Source: a virus
Taxonomy: Duplodnaviria; Caudoviricetes
Strand: one strand, 5' to 3'
DNA length: 63,745 nucleotides
Virus record (IMG/VR): IMGVR_UViG_3300046723_000060
Location: 1-63,745 of that record
The notes beneath the pieces are model-generated. The model saw nothing but the letters and a program-made list of their open reading frames with translations. It was not told the origin of the DNA and ran no database searches. Both the position numbers and the translations under genes were made by a program. This document shows positions 27,090 through 36,475 of this stretch, in pieces. Within the stretch, counting starts at the first letter, position 1, and every line of letters begins with the position of its first letter.

Positions 27090-29162
27090 TCATCGGCTCT
27101 CCGTGATTGTTGATCTCGCTCCGTTATCCTTGCTCACTAAACGAGGGGCGGCTTGACCTGAAGGTGGACGACCTTCGGGATTAGGCTTAGCTGGTGGAGC
27201 TGCCGCTCCAGGTGGCGTGCCGGGTGGGACGAGACCTTCGGCTCCAGCGATTTGCTGCATACGGGCTGCGAACTCGAGATCCATCTCTTGTTCAGACTGG
27301 TAACGTTCAATGATTGTGTTGCCGTCAAGCTGGCCATAGTTGGGCAATTCCCAACTCTCTGCAATGGTCTGACTATCAATCTTCACGCCGGCTTTTCTTA
27401 GTTGTACAAGCCCTAGCTTCATAGCCATCTGAGTCATCTCATGGAGAGAGTTAGGCAGGATGAAGAATCTGAGATTATCGGCAAATACTCTAGCTCTGGT
27501 GATCTTATCTGAGGCTGAACCAAACTTGGGATCTTCGCCAGGTAAGTGAGATGGCACAAGCGAGGCTGGGTCGAAGTCGAATACCTCGGGATGTACGCCG
27601 TCCATGCCTACGATTTGCATCACTCTGGGTGTAGTGTAGTACTGCAGGACGAGATACTTGACCATCACGCCTAAGTCGCGCATCGGTGGTTCCATTGAGC
27701 GGGACATGTCCTCTACGATCGGGCCTTGAGTCTCCATGATCTTTTCTAGTTCGTCCATGGAGCCGACTGTTCTGGCCTTAGCTAGAGCTTGAATATCGTT
27801 GATAGCCAGTTGAGCGTCCATGTCGGCACCTAGTTGCTCGTACATCTGCATGGACTCTGGATAGACTTTGAGGACGTCCATGGGCACGGCCAAGTCTACG
27901 CCGATACCGTCTGCGGCGTTACCGTCTAGGCCGATACGAGCTCTAGGCTGCATGGGATCGAACCGTCGCATCTCTTTCATCGAGGTAGCGTTGGTATCGA
28001 ACTTGAGAGCAGGATCAAGTTGAGCGCGGACCTTGTCCATGTTGCCGCGCATGATTTCCTTGCGGGATTCGTTGAGTTCGTAACCGTCGTGAACGAGGCT
28101 GAAGCCTAGAGGTTCCCATGGCCAAGAGTCGGGACTGAATGAGATGCCGGGGAACATGCCGTGCCAGTCAAATCCTGGACCATCGTACATGATACAGCGG
28201 TCGGAGCTTATTAGTAGACGGCGGTAAGGATAGAGTCTCGCATCGTTCTCGTCGGCCTTACGTGTGAGAGCGCGGCCGTTAGCGTCTTGACCTACATGAA
28301 TCTCTTGTCCGATGTAAGGGACGGTGTAGGACCACGTTGAACCCGGTTCGCCCATCGGTATTGGTCTGTCAGTAGTGTTGATACTTAGATCAAGGACCCA
28401 AGTCTTTCTTACTGGGACAAGTAGGTCGGGTAGACCTGAAGTCTCAGCTCTCGGTGTCTTACCGAAGATGCGTTGCAACACATTGCCTAGAGCGGCTTTG
28501 TGTACGGCGTCGTTCTGATACCAATACTTGCTAGCAGAAGGAACTAGTCTATCTTGGTAAGAAGGAAACATGCCATGTGCCATAGCAACCGGCATTTCGT
28601 CAAGAATGGTGCATGCGTACGCTTCTTGCCAATTTCCCGAGGACGGTAACTGGGTAGGAAGGACAGATGGAGCCCCGTAAGTGAGGAGCTTGATATCACC
28701 TCGCCCTGTTCCGTGCATGTCACGACGATACACCGGATGAATCCACCCTCTACCGGTAGCGGCTGCATACTGTAGCGCCTCCTTTACCGCACGGTCTGCG
28801 AAACTCTCGAGATACCATGCGCGGGTTACTTTATTCATCATCAGCGCTTGAGGAGCGTAAGCCTTGTTATCGCTGTGATAGCCCCAGAAGGGACGGAGCT
28901 TGCTCATGACTGAGACTACTTCTCTGATGTTGCGCTTCAGGCGGTTTGGGTTAACGCGGCTGCGGTAACTAGCATTGTAGGTTGGCTGAGTATCGAGGCC
29001 GGAGATGGTGTCGAGAGCTTTACGGAAGTCCTTGAACCCACGCTGGGACTTTAACCAGGCTAAGCCATCGCCTGTAGCATCATCGAGCCAACCGATACGT
29101 TCTGATTCGGCCACTGCTGCTGGAGGTAGTTGCCAGCTCTTGAATGAGAGTTTATCAGCCAC
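27090..29162 (-). CDS. Portal protein
   Basis: 690 aa between terminase and capsid; NRLKRNIREVVS, YAAATGRGW, LVLQYYT.PRV.QIVG.DG (P22-like portal pattern). Confidence 0.8.
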   Translation of the reverse strand: MADKLSFKSWQLPPAAVAESERIGWLDDATGDGLAWLKSQRGFKDFRKALDTISGLDTQPTYNASYRSRVNPNRLKRNIREVVSVMSKLRPFWGYHSDNKAYAPQALMMNKVTRAWYLESFADRAVKEALQYAAATGRGWIHPVYRRDMHGTGRGDIKLLTYGAPSVLPTQLPSSGNWQEAYACTILDEMPVAMAHGMFPSYQDRLVPSASKYWYQNDAVHKAALGNVLQRIFGKTPRAETSGLPDLLVPVRKTWVLDLSINTTDRPIPMGEPGSTWSYTVPYIGQEIHVGQDANGRALTRKADENDARLYPYRRLLISSDRCIMYDGPGFDWHGMFPGISFSPDSWPWEPLGFSLVHDGYELNESRKEIMRGNMDKVRAQLDPALKFDTNATSMKEMRRFDPMQPRARIGLDGNAADGIGVDLAVPMDVLKVYPESMQMYEQLGADMDAQLAINDIQALAKARTVGSMDELEKIMETQGPIVEDMSRSMEPPMRDLGVMVKYLVLQYYTTPRVMQIVGMDGVHPEVFDFDPASLVPSHLPGEDPKFGSASDKITRARVFADNLRFFILPNSLHEMTQMAMKLGLVQLRKAGVKIDSQTIAESWELPNYGQLDGNTIIERYQSEQEMDLEFAARMQQIAGAEGLVPPGTPPGAAAPPAKPNPEGRPPSGQAAPRLVSKDNGARSTITESR

Positions 29163-29611
29163 TAGAAGTTTACCTTATCCAAGTTTACAGTCTCTGCTGC
29201 GGCATCCCTATCGCCTAAGTTGTTTTCTCTCGCGTGCAAGTACCACTGAGCTTCCATAAATCTCTGACGATACGTTTCGCGCTTGCGTTCATCTCTCAGT
29301 TGCATGTACAGTCGCAAGAACTCTTTCTCATACTCCGTGGTTGCTGAGGATGAGATACGCTGGTAGATACGGTCCCTGATTTCCTTATCCTTACTGGCCA
29401 TCAATGATTGATCGTAATGCATCTCACGCTGGCTAGTTTCATATTCCTGCTTGCGGAGTTGGTCAACGAGTTTATCTATTTGTGTAAGCGTGTCGGCTTC
29501 TTCCTTGATGGCGCCGTCAGGAGTGGGACAGTCAGTAAAAGGAGCGAGCACGAGATGGCCGTTGGGATAGCGGAAGTAGATGACAGCAGCGACACAGCCG
29601 GGCTTACGCAT
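29162..29611 (-). CDS. Hypothetical protein
   Basis: ORF packed between terminase and portal. Confidence 0.6.
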   Translation of the reverse strand: MRKPGCVAAVIYFRYPNGHLVLAPFTDCPTPDGAIKEEADTLTQIDKLVDQLRKQEYETSQREMHYDQSLMASKDKEIRDRIYQRISSSATTEYEKEFLRLYMQLRDERKRETYRQRFMEAQWYLHARENNLGDRDAAAETVNLDKVNF

Positions 29612-29613
29612 GA

Positions 29614-31860
29614 TTAACGATACCTTTCCATCTGGTCTATTTCATACGCTAATTCGGACACCGTTGCAATCTCTCTTTGTTCCATATCCTTGGGTGAGAA
29701 CACGTTGGACGGTCTACTGGGCTGTAAGTTGAGTGGAGGTAAGGTTGAAGGGTTGACTGACCGCTTCTTACTTCTTGCGGCGATAGGTTCAAGGTCATGA
29801 GGACAGAAGCAGGCCATGGCGGCAGCAAAGACACGGTCATCGTGCTTGCCATCTTCGTGTTCGAGCTTCTCCCTGCCCGTGGCAGTAACTTTCGATTCAA
29901 AGGTTCGCATCTCTTCTAGCAGCCACGGTGAGTTGATGTGTAGCCATAAGTTCTTGGCGCAGGTAGCGAAGTAGGTGGTGAGCATCTGACGGGACCAGGT
30001 GCCGGAATACCACCCACGCTTGCGGGAGATGGCTTTGCTGCGTTGAGGGTTCTTGCCATCGTAACGGCTCATCATGTGGAAGTTAGAGTAGCCCAAACGG
30101 GCCATGTCCTTCTGGCACATATCGCCAACCGAGGCTAGTTGCTCGATACTTACGTAAGGCTCGCGCCAGCGAGTGCTCGATGGATCCATATGCGTCTTGT
30201 AGTAGGCGGCAATGCCTAAGACGAATGCGAAGGCTTCCGCATGGTTGATGTAAGAGCTAGATAGTTCGGCTACCTGAGTGTCAGGATCGTCGTCGTTCTT
30301 CCCGATAGCCCACACTGATATTGAGGTAGCGTCTTCGCCGCGGCCGGCTGCTGTATCTACGCCTATTGAGTATCTGACTCCAGGCTGAGGATGAGCCCAG
30401 ATGAAGAGTATTCCCGTAGCTGTGCCGGCATCCTTGGGATTAGGCTGGATTTGCTGCTCGAGCAAGGGTACCAGTTCCCAGCGGTAAGTCTCATCGCGCA
30501 GGTTAGTGTAACGGATGGGGATACGTTCCTTGTCGTAGTCGATATATTCTGTAGGTGGTTCGTGGTCGGCTTCTATCGATTGACCAACGATACAGAACAT
30601 GTCAAAGGTCTTCTCACGGCGTGTTTCAATCTCGGCTAATGTCTGGTGGCTGAAAGCGCTGGTGATAGACTTCTGCAAGGCTTCTTCATCGTCAGCGCAC
30701 ATTTCCTGATACCACTTGGCGGTGGTGCCGCCGCGCTTCGATTCTTCATGGCCAAACTCCCAGAACCATTGCTGTTCCCGTGGCATACGCCAGTAGAGGC
30801 CAGAATGTACGCCGCGGCGATGTTGATCTTCGACTAGATGCTTCTTTAAGAGTGGGTTTGAATCAACGTAGAGTTCGCACTTGGCAACGTGCTCGCGGGT
30901 GTCCTGGTTGGGATACCATCCTTCTGGGATAGGAAAGTCGTAGTTTATCCATTGCTGCTTGGGATACATCTCTACACCGCAGAACCATGGAAGGAATAGT
31001 GGGCAGTGACGAGCTTTGCGTAGATGCCAATAGTCGCGGGATGAACGCCAGCGGTCGGGCCACCATCCCTTATCACCTTCGCCGGAGGATTCTAGGGCGC
31101 CGAAGACGTTAGGTGAAGCGTGGACGGCGCGCAAGAGAGACGATTCAATCTGGTTCTCAGCGTCGGTGTAGGTTGCTACTTCGGATAGGTGATAGATGGT
31201 GGGAGTGGTGCCACGGGCGATACCAGACATCTGGGCGCCGTGCTGGAATGAGACTGAAGTCTGGCAGCCGCCGAAGCCCATTAGGCCGCGGTCAGATTCA
31301 ACCTTACGTGTAAGTTCAGGACGTAGCCAGACAGGCAGATATTCGTAGAAGAGACGAATCATCTTGGCCATTTCTGCGGTCTTGGTCTGGTCGGCGCTGC
31401 CAATAACAGCGTTTACGCCGTAACCGAAGACGATACGTAGTCCGATTAGGAGTTCAACGAGCGTAGACATGCCTAATTGCCGGGCTTTCAAGATGATGAA
31501 CTCTAGCGTTCTTCCAGAGGCTTCTAAGTCGGAGATGATGTTATAGAAGATTCGTTGAGGTACGCGGAAATTGAATCGGTGGATGGTTCCATCGTCATCT
31601 TTCAGGTACGCATAGCGGGTTAGAGCATAATCGGCGTCGCAACTGACCAGGAGTTGTTCGTTTAGGATCCAGTCATGCTCGAATTGAGTGAGGTTCTGAG
31701 TTCCCTTGGGAGCGCCGTTCTGGTCCAGTTCATACATGTTGTAGCGCTTGAGATGATCTTCAAAGGCTTGGACATCGGAAATGGAGTGTGGTTCGAGGGT
31801 TATCTTGAATTCACGTTGAGCTTCGTCGATACGTTGAGCGATGCGGGAGGGAGCGTACAT
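29614..31860 (-). CDS. terL: Terminase large subunit
   Basis: Walker A ILKARQLGMST, Walker B-like HLSEVA, nuclease motifs GVDTAAGRGED and HDDRVFA. Confidence 0.95.
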   Translation of the reverse strand: MYAPSRIAQRIDEAQREFKITLEPHSISDVQAFEDHLKRYNMYELDQNGAPKGTQNLTQFEHDWILNEQLLVSCDADYALTRYAYLKDDDGTIHRFNFRVPQRIFYNIISDLEASGRTLEFIILKARQLGMSTLVELLIGLRIVFGYGVNAVIGSADQTKTAEMAKMIRLFYEYLPVWLRPELTRKVESDRGLMGFGGCQTSVSFQHGAQMSGIARGTTPTIYHLSEVATYTDAENQIESSLLRAVHASPNVFGALESSGEGDKGWWPDRWRSSRDYWHLRKARHCPLFLPWFCGVEMYPKQQWINYDFPIPEGWYPNQDTREHVAKCELYVDSNPLLKKHLVEDQHRRGVHSGLYWRMPREQQWFWEFGHEESKRGGTTAKWYQEMCADDEEALQKSITSAFSHQTLAEIETRREKTFDMFCIVGQSIEADHEPPTEYIDYDKERIPIRYTNLRDETYRWELVPLLEQQIQPNPKDAGTATGILFIWAHPQPGVRYSIGVDTAAGRGEDATSISVWAIGKNDDDPDTQVAELSSSYINHAEAFAFVLGIAAYYKTHMDPSSTRWREPYVSIEQLASVGDMCQKDMARLGYSNFHMMSRYDGKNPQRSKAISRKRGWYSGTWSRQMLTTYFATCAKNLWLHINSPWLLEEMRTFESKVTATGREKLEHEDGKHDDRVFAAAMACFCPHDLEPIAARSKKRSVNPSTLPPLNLQPSRPSNVFSPKDMEQREIATVSELAYEIDQMERYR

Positions 31861-32498
31861 CAGGCTGATTTCCGTTGCTCTAGTATTCTCTCTGCGTAAT
31901 CGGCTACACAGTTGGCTAGTTCGGGGGGGATAGTCGCCGTTCGTGCAGCATCCGCTTTCTTCGAGCCTCCGAATTGAGCCATAACTTTCCTTCGTACAAT
32001 GTTCCGCTCTGAGCGCGGAAGATCATAAAATCCTTTTGGAAGAAATGACCCGCTTCCTCTCTGTAATTTCTTGATGCCTTGCACTAACAGTGGCGGTACT
32101 GCGTTTCCCCACAGATAGAATGGACCGCAGTGATGCTCAGCATTGCCAACGAACTGCTGTGCTGCTCGTACATTTTCCATTACATAGGGAACTCCACTCG
32201 CTTCGCACAGTTCTCTTGTATGGTTGAAAAGTTTTATACCCAACTCTGGATACTTCGGATTCGGGAAAAAATGCTTCATGCCGTGGACGCTGAATTGTTC
32301 ACAAGGGCTGCTCGCCACGATGAAATCAGCCTTATAATCGCGCAATGTCGTAAGCAGCAGAATATCCCATTGAATAAATGCACAGTTCTCTGGATTCTCT
32401 GGCGGGCGTTCCAGGTCAATTCCAATACACTCCCAGCCTCGCGCAGCAAAAGCTCGTGACCAACCCCAGCGTCCGCAGAATAGGTCAAGCAGCCTCAT
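31860..32498 (-). CDS. C5 cytosine DNA methyltransferase-like protein (short form)
   Basis: LLDLFCG..GWS (motif I), ASSPCEQFS (motif IV), MENV (motif VI). Confidence 0.75.
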   Translation of the reverse strand: MRLLDLFCGRWGWSRAFAARGWECIGIDLERPPENPENCAFIQWDILLLTTLRDYKADFIVASSPCEQFSVHGMKHFFPNPKYPELGIKLFNHTRELCEASGVPYVMENVRAAQQFVGNAEHHCGPFYLWGNAVPPLLVQGIKKLQRGSGSFLPKGFYDLPRSERNIVRRKVMAQFGGSKKADAARTATIPPELANCVADYAERILEQRKSA

Positions 32499-33121
32499 TC
32501 TTCTACCACGATAGCGTCTACAGCTTGAGGTAGCGCTGCTCTGACCGCGTGTAATCTCTCACTCAAGCGGCGTACTGTTTGTTCTGCCGGAGGTGCGGGG
32601 ATGACCATAGCTTGTTGTGTAGGTGAGCTGGATGCATTAGCGCTGGTTTGAACGTTGACCACGGTGCGTGATCCCTTGGGCATGGGCATGAGGCCGGAAA
32701 CTTGCATGTGCAGGCGGCGATCGGAGAAGCCATTCTCGATGTCGAGTGCTGCGTTAATGTTGGTATCGACGATTTCGTCTTGAGATACGGAGAGTTTAAC
32801 CGCGGACTTGAGTGATTTGAGACGCTCGATAGACTTGACTAAAGAATCTAGGATGCGGTTAGGATCTACGCCGGCAGCAACACAGAAGGCTTCAAGTGGC
32901 AGCACATCACGCACTTGTTTCCATGATTGTTTGTAGATAGCCATAAGGCCTCTGGCTTCGAGGTCTGAGGAGGCTGCCAAGTAGTAGTACGGGTCGGTAG
33001 GGAGATTCTTCTTGGCTAGGCCGGACATGATTTCTTCTAACAGAGGTGTTACTTGAGGGACGGTGAGCAGGGATTTAGAGGAGATACCGAGTTTCCTACA
33101 AGCTAGGGATTTGGTAATCAT
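32495..33121 (-). CDS. Hypothetical protein, candidate terminase small subunit
   Basis: HTH-like start ACRKLGISSKSL; upstream of terL. Confidence 0.4.
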   Translation of the reverse strand: MITKSLACRKLGISSKSLLTVPQVTPLLEEIMSGLAKKNLPTDPYYYLAASSDLEARGLMAIYKQSWKQVRDVLPLEAFCVAAGVDPNRILDSLVKSIERLKSLKSAVKLSVSQDEIVDTNINAALDIENGFSDRRLHMQVSGLMPMPKGSRTVVNVQTSANASSSPTQQAMVIPAPPAEQTVRRLSERLHAVRAALPQAVDAIVVEE

Positions 33122-33123
33122 GG

Positions 33124-33363
33124 TTAGTCGTCTAATTCTATACCATCACGTTCGGCCTGCAACCTACGTTCAAAGTCCTTGTTAATCTCTTCCTGATCCA
33201 TGAGGCTGAATTCGCTCTTACGTCGAGGTAGAGGTGCGTGCTTAGAGGCCCATTCTTCTTCTCGCAGCTTGATCTGGCGCTCGTTGAGGTCGTTCTGTTT
33301 CTCTAGAGCCAAGGCGATACGGCGGAGCCAGAAGAATTGTTTGGCTTCATCGAGGAGCTTCAT
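33124..33363 (-). CDS. Hypothetical protein
   Basis: Operon-packed ORF. Confidence 0.55.
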   Translation of the reverse strand: MKLLDEAKQFFWLRRIALALEKQNDLNERQIKLREEEWASKHAPLPRRKSEFSLMDQEEINKDFERRLQAERDGIELDD

Positions 33364-33608
33364 TAGAAATTCCCACGAACCTTAAAGTCAATGGCGTACC
33401 CATACTGCAAATTGTTTGAATCCATTTCACGACACAACGACTCCATAGCGTTTCTTACGTAATAATCCATATCAAATGTCTTATATACCTTCACCTCTGT
33501 TGGAAACGAATAGACACGGAATGGCCATGTTCTGACAGCAGCGGTGGCTGCGAGGCCGCCGACTAGAGTCCGCAGGAAGTTCCGTCTATCCGAGTGGGGC
33601 ACGCACAT
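33363..33608 (-). CDS. Small protein with a twin-arginine (Tat)-like signal
   Basis: SDRRNFLRTLVGGLAATAAV. Confidence 0.55.
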   Translation of the reverse strand: MCVPHSDRRNFLRTLVGGLAATAAVRTWPFRVYSFPTEVKVYKTFDMDYYVRNAMESLCREMDSNNLQYGYAIDFKVRGNF

Positions 33609-33801
33609 GCTCCTTCACTGCCGCACGATAGTTGTCTAGTGCTGCTGGCCGCATGGCTTCTACTCTAGCTGCTATTTGCTGGTTACGGTTACGCCTAGAG
33701 ATGTAGTGGAGTAGAGCACGGATAGAGATGAGGAAACCTTCGCCTATCAGTACGCCAATGATGATGTCCGGCCAGAGATTAGGATGAGTCATTTGCCCCA
33801 C
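33586..33801 (-). CDS. Small single-TM protein
   Basis: IIIGVLIGEGFLISIRALL followed by a basic stretch. Confidence 0.5.
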   Translation of the reverse strand: MGQMTHPNLWPDIIIGVLIGEGFLISIRALLHYISRRNRNQQIAARVEAMRPAALDNYRAAVKEHVRAPLG

Positions 33802-34253
33802 CGTTTCTTTACTTCTACCGTAGTATCGCTGATTATCACCTGTTGAGGAGGAAGGTCTTCAACCATCTCCTCAGGATACTTGATGTGTTCTATCTGTTTG
33901 GTACCGTCGAGTTGTTTCGTCTCAACTGGGACTGGTAAGCCTAAGCGTACTCTCTCAGCGTTGGGATTATCCATGGTGAATGAGGCTGTTTGTTCGGCTA
34001 CTTCAGATTCAGGTGTAGCGTCAGCGAGTGGAACCTTATCACCGAATTCGATAGTAGAGGAGGATTCAGGGAAGTAGGCGTTATCGAGGTGCAGGGTGAG
34101 TTTGATGATGCCACCAACTCTCCCAAAGGCCACATGAGGTGAGAGCATCCCTTCGTTCTCTAGGAGTTTGTTGAACACATCTCGGATGTAACTTTTCAGT
34201 TCATCACCGGAGAGAGCGCGGTTGACGACCTTCTCAGAACTTGTTGGTGACAT
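33789..34253 (-). CDS. Hypothetical protein
   Basis: Operon-packed ORF. Confidence 0.6.
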   Translation of the reverse strand: MSPTSSEKVVNRALSGDELKSYIRDVFNKLLENEGMLSPHVAFGRVGGIIKLTLHLDNAYFPESSSTIEFGDKVPLADATPESEVAEQTASFTMDNPNAERVRLGLPVPVETKQLDGTKQIEHIKYPEEMVEDLPPQQVIISDTTVEVKKRWGK

Positions 34254-35070
34254 CAGATTCCTCTTTCTCGTCTTACCTGCAATAATCGTTCAAGTTGGTC
34301 TGCTACTGAATCAGTCAGATGTAGACGAAGATCTCCATCTTTAATCTCTGCAGTGGCATCATCTCCAATGAGAGGAACAATTACGGAAAGTTTTCCGTTC
34401 AAATCAGGTGGTCTGCAGATAGCTCCCACTCCAAGTATCCTTGACTGGTCGATAATTTCTGTATCATCAGATTCCCATTGCATAGGCTCTAACCTTCTGT
34501 CTGGATTCTTATATCTAAGCCACATCAGTTCGTTGTAATCCCTTCAAGATTTCCTTATGCGTGCGGCGAATCCCTTTTTGTTTCCCACGGTGAAGTGAAC
34601 TACGACGGATGGCTTCAGAGAGCTTGATGCGGTATTCATCCTGATGCAAGCGGGGATCGTCGAGGTTACGGCGCTTGATGATGATTTCGGGTAAGTGTTG
34701 CTGCATGGAGTCGAGGTAGCGCTCGCGGTGAAGGTTACGGGCTCCGTCTAGGGATACGTTGATAGGCACGAATGGCAAGCGTTTACGGGCAATAATAACC
34801 ATCCAGGGAGACCAGTAGAGCCAGCGAGCATTGATACGTTCTTCTAGGCGGGGGGTGACTTTAAGTAGCATCGGAATCCTTACTAACTACAATTTCCTCA
34901 ATTAACCCTGCCCAAGTTTTTGCAATGTCAATCAATACATCCGTATCAACATTGTCCAAATGGAATCCACGTCGATCATCCAGATTTAGCAATATCAGTC
35001 GAACACAGGTTCGGACCTTACTGTTCGTAGAGCAATTTTTAATGACCTCGTAGAGTTCACTCGTCACCAT
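34253..35070 (-). other. Three small hypothetical CDSs (34253-34525, 34515-34871, 34861-35070)
   Basis: Overlapping start/stop junctions on the minus strand. Confidence 0.55.
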
Positions 35071-35725
35071 TGATAGTCTCCAAGAGTTCTTCCTCAGTTG
35101 CTGACTCGTTTGATTCTAGGTGCGCTCCGTCAGCCGCCGCACCGTTACTTAACTGTCCAGTCGTAGTGGTCATCTCCTGACTCGGCAATCGTAAGTCATC
35201 ACCTCCTTTGGACATCATAGCAAGACGTTCCCGTAACGACATCGTCGGCTTATCACCCATCGGAATGTTATCTTTCAGGAATTTCATGGGTACTGGAGGA
35301 GGAGTGAGAGAGACATTCTGGATGCTATCAGCTTCGGTAGAGACTGGATAAGTCGGAGCGTTTGGATAGTCGAGTGATCGTGTTAATACTGAATGCGGCA
35401 TAGGTGAAGGTACGACCTTCTCTTTCTCAGCTAACAACTCCTTCTTACGTTGAATCTTCTCTTCATAAGTGTAGAGTGGCGGACGGTCGAACTTCTTAAT
35501 CCGGCAGCGCGGACACATCTTAGGCCGGTGAGCGAGACGGGATTTCCATTTGTAGTCGCAACGGACGCAGTGATACGGCTTAGCGGCTTCAGCCTTGACT
35601 CCCATGAGCGATTCGATCTCACGGTCAAGTTCGGTGCGGATGGCGAATAGGCTCTTGATCCGGTCTTGTAACTCCTCCGCTGTCCGCGGTAACGGTATAT
35701 TCGTGTTGAAGGTGAAATAGGCCAT
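35057..35725 (-). CDS. Zn-ribbon protein, putative regulator
   Basis: HCVRCDYKW....PKMCPRC; same motif as 46727-46897. Confidence 0.6.
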   Translation of the reverse strand: MAYFTFNTNIPLPRTAEELQDRIKSLFAIRTELDREIESLMGVKAEAAKPYHCVRCDYKWKSRLAHRPKMCPRCRIKKFDRPPLYTYEEKIQRKKELLAEKEKVVPSPMPHSVLTRSLDYPNAPTYPVSTEADSIQNVSLTPPPVPMKFLKDNIPMGDKPTMSLRERLAMMSKGGDDLRLPSQEMTTTTGQLSNGAAADGAHLESNESATEEELLETINGDE

Positions 35726-35946
35726 CAGCTGCATACCACGAAATCAGCATCTGGTTCAGCATTGGCCGGAAGTTCATCCACTACTAATATTTCCATCCCC
35801 ATTACACTTTTTGAGTCAGAAAGTTTCAACATTTCGTTTAATAGCTCAAGTAACGCACGAGCCGTCATGTAGATATGCGTCGGATTCCTTCCAGTCTTAG
35901 AAGCGTGCTCACTCGCCATCTTAGCTATTTTAGTCAGGTACGCCAT
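35725..35946 (-). CDS. Hypothetical protein, first gene of the leftward transcript
   Basis: ORF directly below a predicted promoter. Confidence 0.55.
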   Translation of the reverse strand: MAYLTKIAKMASEHASKTGRNPTHIYMTARALLELLNEMLKLSDSKSVMGMEILVVDELPANAEPDADFVVCS

Positions 35947-35958
35947 CGATAGGTAGCC

Positions 35959-35987
35959 TATATAGCACTAACCTATCCGTAGGTCAA
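35959..35987 (-). promoter_or_regulatory. Leftward sigma70-like promoter
   Basis: TTGACC-17 bp-TATATA with an extended TGn and an A/T-rich UP tract. Confidence 0.55.
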
Positions 35988-36425
35988 GTGAAAATAAAAA
36001 TAAAAAAAGGTCAGCACGGGATGAGACGCGTCTCCGCCGTCCTCTCTCTCTATGCTGGACAACTCCGACCTTGTGCTTGCCTATTGCCTACGATTGCGGC
36101 CAGCTGCCAGGTGTCGGCGCGGCGAGGCACGGCGTGCGGCCGGCGAGCGAACGGAGGGTTACGCTTGAGAGTTACAGCTGTGCGGACTATGGGACTAGGA
36201 CGGTGGACTAAGCTGACGTACTGGGACTAATGCTGGTTTAAGGTAACAATTCGTTACTATCTTGCCTAGCACAAGAGCACGTTTGCTTCCAATGTGAATG
36301 GCCCCTCCATAGTCCCAGTACTTTTCCTCAATAGCGTAACCTTTTGTTACATGTGGTAGTGAGGGTTAGACGAATCGTGCTCGTTAATTTTCCACAACTA
36401 TTTTTAGGGGTGCGTACGAATTTAC

Positions 36426-36454
36426 TTGACATACTTTTAGTGTAATCCTATAGT
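36426..36454 (+). promoter_or_regulatory. Strong rightward early sigma70 promoter
   Basis: TTGACA-17 bp-TATAGT upstream of the first plus-strand gene. Confidence 0.8.
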
Positions 36455-36475
36455 GAGCACTGGGAGGCAACGTAC

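Noticed and set aside
36116-36135. Four GGC-NN pentamers (GGCGC GGCGA GGCAC GGCGT)
   Set aside because: Too short and within a GC-rich patch, so compatible with chance; not called a second array
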